From Oscillospiraceae bacterium (GTDB lineage: Bacteria > Bacillota > Clostridia > Oscillospirales > Oscillospiraceae): a DNA stretch of 64,000 nucleotides. Position numbers and translations under genes: made by a program. The stretch is from the NCBI GenBank assembly GCA_045642405.1, contig JAZUIU010000028.1, positions 21,856 to 85,855 of the forward strand, in the 5' to 3' direction. The notes beneath the pieces are model-generated. The model was not told the DNA's origin. It did not search any database and was given only the letters and a program-made list of their open reading frames with translations. Of the stretch, positions 54,782 through 64,000 are shown piece after piece; position 1 is the stretch's first letter, and the number at the start of each line of letters is the position of its first letter.

Positions 54782-56866
54782 TCACTGGCGAGCAGCCATA
54801 CGCTTCTCGATGATCTTCTCCTGAATATTCTTCGGGATTTCGATGTAGTGAGAGGGCTCCATGGTGTACTGACCACGGCCCTGCGTGCGGGAACGAAGAT
54901 CGGTCGCGTAACCGAACATTTCCGCAAGAGGTACCATCGCGTCGATCTGTTGGGCACCGCTGCGCGCTTCAAAGCCCTGGATCTGACCGCGGCGGCTGTT
55001 GAGGTCGCCGATGACATCGCCCATATACTCATCGGGAACGGTCACGCAGACCTTCATGATGGGCTCGAGCAATGTGGAACCTGCCTTCTGGCAGGCTTCT
55101 TTGAACGCCATGGAACCGGCGATCTTGAATGCCATTTCGGAAGAGTCGACTTCGTGGTAAGAACCATCGTACAAAGTGACCTTCACATCGACGACGGGAT
55201 AGCCTGCCAAAACACCGGAGAGCATGGCGCCCTGAATACCGGCATCGACCGCAGGAACATATTCCTTGGGGATCGCACCGCCGACCAATTCGTTGAAGAA
55301 CTCGTAGCCCTTGCCGGACTCGTTGGGTTCCACGCGGATCTTGACATGGCCGTACTGACCTTTACCGCCGCTCTGACGGGCGTACTTGGTATCCTGTTCC
55401 ACACTCTTCTTGATGGTTTCCTTGTAGGCGACCTGCGGTGCGCCGACATTGGCTTCCACCTTGAATTCGCGGAGCAAACGGTCCACGATGATCTCCAAAT
55501 GGAGTTCACCCATACCGGCGATGATCGTCTGACCGGTCTCTTCGTCGGTCCAGGTGCGGAAGGTCGGGTCTTCTTCTGCGAGTTTCATCAAAGCGATGCC
55601 CATCTTCTCCTGGCCTGCCTTGGTCTTGGGCTCGATCGCCACACGGATAACAGGATCGGGGAATTCCATACTTTCGAGGATGATGGGATTCTTTTCGTCG
55701 CAGAGCGTATCACCGGTCGTGGTGTTTTTCAGACCGACGGCAGCTGCGATATCACCGGCGTAAACCGTTTCGATATCTTCGCGGTGATTGGCGTGCATCT
55801 GCAAAATACGGCCCATTCTCTCGCGGACATTCTTGGTGGCATTGAGAACGGTAGAGCCCGTTGCCAATGTACCGGAATAAACGCGGAAGAAACTCAAACG
55901 ACCGACAAACGGGTCTGTCATAATTTTGAATGCGAGGGCGGCGAACGGCTGATCGTCAGAGGACTCACGGGACTCTTCCTCTTCCGTCTTGGGGTTCACG
56001 CCCTTGATCGCTTCGATATCGGTAGGAGCGGGCATATAGTCCACAACGGCATCGAGCAATTTCTGAACGCCCTTGTTGCGGTAGGATGTACCGCAGACGA
56101 TGGGGATCATCTCAACGGAAACGGTCGCCTTGCGGATCGCCTTGCGGATCTTCTCCGTCGGGATCTCCTGACCGTCAAGGTAGAGAGTCATGATCTCATC
56201 GTCGAACATGGAGATGGCTTCGAGCATCTTGCCGCGGTATTCCTCGGCAAGGTCTCTCATATCCGCAGGAATTTCTTCCACGCGCATATCCTTACCCATC
56301 TCATCGTAATAAACATCTGCGTTCATCTCGACTAAGTCGATGATGCCGCGGAAATCGTTCTCCTTACCGATGGGGAGTTGGATGGGCACTGCATTGCACT
56401 TCAAACGCTCGTCGATCATGCGAAGAACATTATAGAAGTCAGCACCCAAAATGTCCATCTTATTGATGTAGATCATACGAGGGACATGATAGTGGTCTGC
56501 CTGACGCCAAACGGTCTCGGACTGAGGCTCAACACCGCCCTTGGCGCAAAGCACCGTGACACTGCCGTCGAGCACGCGCAAACTGCGCTCCACTTCAACG
56601 GTAAAGTCAACATGTCCCGGAGTATCGATAATATTGATGCGGTGATCACGCCAAAAACAGGTGGTTGCAGCGGGAGTGATGGTAATACCGCGTTCCTGCC
56701 CCTGCTCCATCCAGTCCATGGTCGCCGTGCCGTCATGCGTTTCACCGATCTTGTAGTTCACACCGGTGTAATACAAAATACGCTCGGTCGTGGTGGTCTT
56801 ACCTGCATCAATGTGAGCCATGATACCGATATTTCTTGTTTTTTCCAAAGTAACCTTTCTCGGCAT
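54782..56866 (-). CDS. fusA: Elongation factor G
   Basis: [46 protein letters not shown]. Confidence 0.98.
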   Translation of the reverse strand: MPRKVTLEKTRNIGIMAHIDAGKTTTTERILYYTGVNYKIGETHDGTATMDWMEQGQERGITITPAATTCFWRDHRINIIDTPGHVDFTVEVERSLRVLDGSVTVLCAKGGVEPQSETVWRQADHYHVPRMIYINKMDILGADFYNVLRMIDERLKCNAVPIQLPIGKENDFRGIIDLVEMNADVYYDEMGKDMRVEEIPADMRDLAEEYRGKMLEAISMFDDEIMTLYLDGQEIPTEKIRKAIRKATVSVEMIPIVCGTSYRNKGVQKLLDAVVDYMPAPTDIEAIKGVNPKTEEEESRESSDDQPFAALAFKIMTDPFVGRLSFFRVYSGTLATGSTVLNATKNVRERMGRILQMHANHREDIETVYAGDIAAAVGLKNTTTGDTLCDEKNPIILESMEFPDPVIRVAIEPKTKAGQEKMGIALMKLAEEDPTFRTWTDEETGQTIIAGMGELHLEIIVDRLLREFKVEANVGAPQVAYKETIKKSVEQDTKYARQSGGKGQYGHVKIRVEPNESGKGYEFFNELVGGAIPKEYVPAVDAGIQGAMLSGVLAGYPVVDVKVTLYDGSYHEVDSSEMAFKIAGSMAFKEACQKAGSTLLEPIMKVCVTVPDEYMGDVIGDLNSRRGQIQGFEARSGAQQIDAMVPLAEMFGYATDLRSRTQGRGQYTMEPSHYIEIPKNIQEKIIEKRMAARQ

Positions 56867-56881
56867 ACAAAACTCCTTATC

Positions 56882-57352
56882 TTACCAGCGGAAATGGGCG
56901 AATGCCTTGTTGGATTCTGCCATTTTGTGTGTATCTTCGCGTTTCTTGACGGCACTGCCGGTATTGTTGGCAGCATCCATCAATTCGCCTGCCAGACGCT
57001 CTGCCATCGTGCGCTCATTGCGGGCACGGGCATAGACCGTCAACCAACGGAGACCGAGAGTCTGACGACGCTCGGGGCGAACTTCCATCGGCACCTGATA
57101 GGTGGCACCGCCGACACGGCGGGATTTCGTTTCGACACTGGGCATGATGTTTTCCATCGCCTGTGCGAAAACATCAAGCGGTTCATTACCGGTCTTTTCC
57201 TTGATCAGATCGAAAGCACCGTAAACCACTTTCTGCGCGACACCCTTCTTACCGTCAAGCATAATGCTGTTGACCAACTTGGTCACCAGAATGCTATTGT
57301 ACATAGGATCGGGCAGTACTTCTCTTTTGGGAACATTACCTCTTCTGGGCAC
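56882..57352 (-). CDS. rpsG: 30S ribosomal protein S7
   Basis: [30 protein letters not shown]; GTG start. Confidence 0.97.
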   Translation of the reverse strand: MPRRGNVPKREVLPDPMYNSILVTKLVNSIMLDGKKGVAQKVVYGAFDLIKEKTGNEPLDVFAQAMENIMPSVETKSRRVGGATYQVPMEVRPERRQTLGLRWLTVYARARNERTMAERLAGELMDAANNTGSAVKKREDTHKMAESNKAFAHFRW

Positions 57353-57379
57353 TTTGCTTCCCTCCTTCATTAAATAATG

Positions 57380-57421
57380 ATTTCATAGGTACTCACAATG
57401 CGGACTGCTCCGTCACTGTGT
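57380..57421 (-). promoter_or_regulatory. rpsL-rpsG intergenic stem-loop (candidate S7 autoregulatory element)
   Basis: CACAGTG-A-CGGA[GCAG]TCCG-CATTGTG hairpin, followed by AGTACCTATGAA just upstream of the rpsG RBS. Confidence 0.4.
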
Positions 57422-57485
57422 TTTGCCTGCCAAAGAGGTATCTATATCAAAACCTTTTCGGCAAAGCACATTTGCATTGCAGATC

Positions 57486-57902
57486 TTACTTCTGTTTCGG
57501 GCGCTTGGCACCGTACTTGGAGCGAGACTGCATACGGCCGTTCACGCCTTGGGCGTCGAGCGTGCCGCGGATGATGTGGTAACGCACACCGGGGAGGTCC
57601 TTAACACGGCCGCCGCGGATCATCACCACAGAGTGTTCCTGCAGGGAGTGACCGACACCGGGAATGTAAGCGGTAACCTCGTAACCGTTGGTCAAACGCA
57701 CACGAGCGATCTTACGCAAAGCCGAGTTCGGCTTCTTCGGCGTAGCCGTTCTGACTGCGGTGCAAACACCACGCTTCTGCGGAGATGCAAGGTCGGTTTC
57801 ACGGTTTTTCAGCGTGTTGAGACCATACTGCAAAGCAGGAGAATTGGACTTGTAGCTCGCCTGGGTTCTGCCTTTGCGTACCAATTGGTTGAAAGTAGGC
57901 AT
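57486..57902 (-). CDS. rpsL: 30S ribosomal protein S12
   Basis: [39 protein letters not shown]. Confidence 0.98.
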   Translation of the reverse strand: MPTFNQLVRKGRTQASYKSNSPALQYGLNTLKNRETDLASPQKRGVCTAVRTATPKKPNSALRKIARVRLTNGYEVTAYIPGVGHSLQEHSVVMIRGGRVKDLPGVRYHIIRGTLDAQGVNGRMQSRSKYGAKRPKQK

Positions 57903-57971
57903 TCTTGATTTTACTCCTTTCTTCAAAAATTTTATGTTTTACGAAATGCGAACATTTCGGCAAAACCGAAG

Positions 57972-58214
57972 TTATGCTTGCAAAAGCGTGACAACGGCGG
58001 CACCGACGGAAATATCGCCCAGCGCGCCGAGTTCCTGCATCGTGTGACCGCGTTCAACGGCGACACGGTTTTGTCGGCAAAGCGCCTCGATCGACTCGGT
58101 CAGAAGCGGATCGGCATCGTCCGCCAACAGTACCGACAAAGCACGACCGGAAAGGATCGCCTTTTTTGACTGCTTCACGCCGACAACTTTGGGTGCCAAA
58201 GAAAATTCGGACAA
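57972..58214 (-). CDS. L7Ae/L30e/S12e/Gadd45-family RNA-binding protein (YbxF-like)
   Basis: VVGVKQSKKAI...LLADDAD...MQELGALGDISVGAAVV; TTG start with GGAGG RBS; conserved position before rpsL. Confidence 0.88.
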   Translation of the reverse strand: MSEFSLAPKVVGVKQSKKAILSGRALSVLLADDADPLLTESIEALCRQNRVAVERGHTMQELGALGDISVGAAVVTLLQA

Positions 58215-58271
58215 TCGGCACCCCTCCAAACGGCATAACAAAACTCGCAGGGTATACCCACGCAAAATGGA

Positions 58272-58300
58272 ATTATAGCACAGGAAACATTGGCAGTCAA
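58272..58300 (-). promoter_or_regulatory. Sigma-A promoter of the ybxF-rpsL (str) operon
   Basis: TTGACT, 17 nt, TGcTATAAT. Confidence 0.75.
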
Positions 58301-58338
58301 GCCTTTTTCGGATATTTTTTTGTGTTTTTTGCGCAAGT

Positions 58339-58370
58339 AAAAGAGCAGGCAAGAAATTGCCTGCTCTTTT
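58339..58370 (-). terminator. Terminator after rpoC
   Basis: AAAAGAGCAGGCAA...TTGCCTGCTCTTTT. Confidence 0.8.
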
Positions 58371-58377
58371 GATGCAA

Positions 58378-62073
<3,696 letters not shown>

Positions 62074-62090
62074 AGTATTGCTCCTCCTTC

Positions 62091-64000
62091 TTATTCTTCA
62101 TCCATGCCGTCTTCGGCAAAGTCTTGTTCGATTTCCGCTTCATCGACCATACCGAAACCGAAGCCGTCCAATTCGTCTTCTTCGGCATAGGCACGGCGAT
62201 TGCGTTCCTCATCGGCATCCATACGGGCGAGGTTGAAAGTATCCATAGCATCCTCGTCCTCTTTGAGTTCGATGATGTCGCCGTTGCGGTCAAGCACCTG
62301 GACATCGAGGCACAAAGCCTGCAATTCCTTGACCAAAACCTTGAACGATTCGGGTACGCCGGGTTGCGGGATATTGTGTCCCTTGACGATGGCTTCGTAT
62401 GTGCGGACACGACCGGTGACATCGTCGCTCTTGACCGTCAAAATCTCCTGCAAGGTATAAGCGGCACCGTAGGCTTCCAAAGCCCAGACTTCCATTTCAC
62501 CGAAACGCTGACCGCCGAACTGGGCTTTACCGCCGAGCGGCTGCTGCGTAACGAGAGAGTACGGGCCTGTGGAACGGGCATGAATTTTATCATCGACCAG
62601 ATGGTGCAGTTTGAGGAAGTAAACATAGCCGACGGTGACCTTGTTGTCAAAGCGTTCGCCGGTACGGCCGTCGTAGAGCCAACTCTTGCCCTCGGGATCC
62701 AATCCCGCCTTGACCAATTCACCGCGGATCTCGTCATAAGTCGCGTCATCGAAAATCGGCGTTGCGACCTTATAGCCGAGCGTCTTGGCGGCATAGCCGA
62801 GGTGGACTTCCAAAACCTGACCGATATTCATACGGGACGGAACGCCCAACGGGTTCAACACGATATCAAGCGGTGTACCGTCCGGCAAGAACGGCATATC
62901 CTCCTGCGGCAAAATGCGGGAAACAACGCCCTTATTACCGTGGCGACCTGCCATCTTATCACCGGGCTGAATCTTACGGCGCTGGGCAATGTAAACGCGC
63001 ACGACCATATTGACGCCCGGGCCGAGTTCATCGCCGGCGGCACGGGTGTAAACTTTGGTATCCACCACGATACCGCTTTGACCGTGCGGCACTTTCAGAG
63101 AAGTATCGCGCACTTCGCGTGCCTTTTCGCCGAAAATGGCGCGGAGCAAACGCTCTTCGGTGGTCAGATCCGTCTCGCCCTTGGGCGTCACTTTACCGAC
63201 CAGAATATCGCCGGCGTGGACTTCCGCACCGATGCGGACGATGCCGCGCTCATCGAGGTCTTTGAGTGCGTCTTCGCCGACATTGGGGATATCGCGTGTG
63301 ATCTCTTCCGCACCGAGTTTGGTATCGCGTGCGTCGAGTTGATACTCTTCGAGGTGGATGGAAGTATAGAGGTCTTCGCGCACCAAACGCTCGTTGAGCA
63401 AAACAGCATCTTCGTAGTTGTAGCCTTCCCATGTCATAAAGCCGACGAGGATATTGCGGCCGAGCGCGATTTCGCCGTGGTCGGTCGCAGGACCGTCTGC
63501 CAATACCGTGGGATCTTCCGTAATGCGGCCGTTCTCATCGTACTTGCGTCCGTGCACGCGCTCGCCGACATTGACGATCGGGTGCTGGTTGATGCAGGTG
63601 CCGTGGTTGGAACGAAGATATTTGACAAGGGGATATTCCTTCACTTCACCGTTATCGTAAGCGACGGTCACGCTGCGGGCATCCATCTTGGAAACCACAC
63701 CGTCACCTTCGGCGAGAACGGCAACTTCGGAGTCAACGCAGATCTTATGCTCCATACCGGTACCGACGATCGGGGCTTCCGGTTTGAGAAGCGGCACTGC
63801 CTGACGCTGCATGTTTGCGCCCATCAAGGCACGGTTTGCATCGTCATTGGGCAAAAACGGGATCATCGCCGTAGCGATAGAAACCATCATACGGGGAGAA
63901 ACATCAATAAAGTCAACGCGGCTGCGATCCACTTCGACGATTTCGTCGCGGTGGCGGCAGGTGATACGCGCATTGACCAGGCAGCCGTTTTCATCCACGG
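62091..64000 (-). CDS. rpoB: RNA polymerase beta subunit, C-terminal part (5' end beyond the window)
   Basis: [62 protein letters not shown]. Confidence 0.98.
   Translation of the reverse strand, partial: VDENGCLVNARITCRHRDEIVEVDRSRVDFIDVSPRMMVSIATAMIPFLPNDDANRALMGANMQRQAVPLLKPEAPIVGTGMEHKICVDSEVAVLAEGDGVVSKMDARSVTVAYDNGEVKEYPLVKYLRSNHGTCINQHPIVNVGERVHGRKYDENGRITEDPTVLADGPATDHGEIALGRNILVGFMTWEGYNYEDAVLLNERLVREDLYTSIHLEEYQLDARDTKLGAEEITRDIPNVGEDALKDLDERGIVRIGAEVHAGDILVGKVTPKGETDLTTEERLLRAIFGEKAREVRDTSLKVPHGQSGIVVDTKVYTRAAGDELGPGVNMVVRVYIAQRRKIQPGDKMAGRHGNKGVVSRILPQEDMPFLPDGTPLDIVLNPLGVPSRMNIGQVLEVHLGYAAKTLGYKVATPIFDDATYDEIRGELVKAGLDPEGKSWLYDGRTGERFDNKVTVGYVYFLKLHHLVDDKIHARSTGPYSLVTQQPLGGKAQFGGQRFGEMEVWALEAYGAAYTLQEILTVKSDDVTGRVRTYEAIVKGHNIPQPGVPESFKVLVKELQALCLDVQVLDRNGDIIELKEDEDAMDTFNLARMDADEERNRRAYAEEDELDGFGFGMVDEAEIEQDFAEDGMDEE

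Noticed and set aside
57640-57655. S12 GHSLQEH instead of GHNLQEH as a sequencing error or resistance allele
   Set aside because: It needs two base changes and is not at the streptomycin-resistance lysines (the PKKPNS and RVKD motifs are intact); probably lineage variation.

Overview
64 kb of chromosome from a spore-forming Clostridia-class Bacillota; an Oscillospirales-like gut or rumen anaerobe is inferred from spo0A/spoIVB, DUF4830 and gene order. Most of the window is housekeeping: a met operon (metY-metA-metF-split metH), ychF, cdd, asnS, an arg operon (argC-J-B-D-carB, with no carA), nfnAB, glyA, spo0A-spoIVB-ftsZ-ftsQ-murA, ftsEX-EnvC-like peptidase, and rpoB(partial)-rpoC-L7Ae-rpsL-rpsG-fusA-tuf. 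I found no rRNA, tRNA, CRISPR array, transposase or integrase. Two things stand out. (1) An accessory four-gene block at 9.6-14.5 kb: a divergent XRE regulator, an SPFH/Band-7 protein, a multi-TM protein, and an 889-aa single-pass membrane protein (Zn-ribbon, TPR, catalytic-type TIR, repeats, TM, repeats, DUF6273-like). It is followed by a composite palindromic repeat cluster and is a candidate membrane-anchored, receptor-like TIR signalling or defence system. (2) An apparently complete ribosome-mediated attenuator at 2981-3313: a consensus sigma-A promoter, a 70-codon Val/Ile/Leu-rich leader ORF, and overlapping antiterminator and terminator hairpins. It sits in front of an XRE-cupin/acyl-CoA synthetase fusion operon, which suggests branched-chain amino acid sensing of a branched-chain fatty acid activation pathway. 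All family assignments come from motif recognition by eye; no database searches were run.
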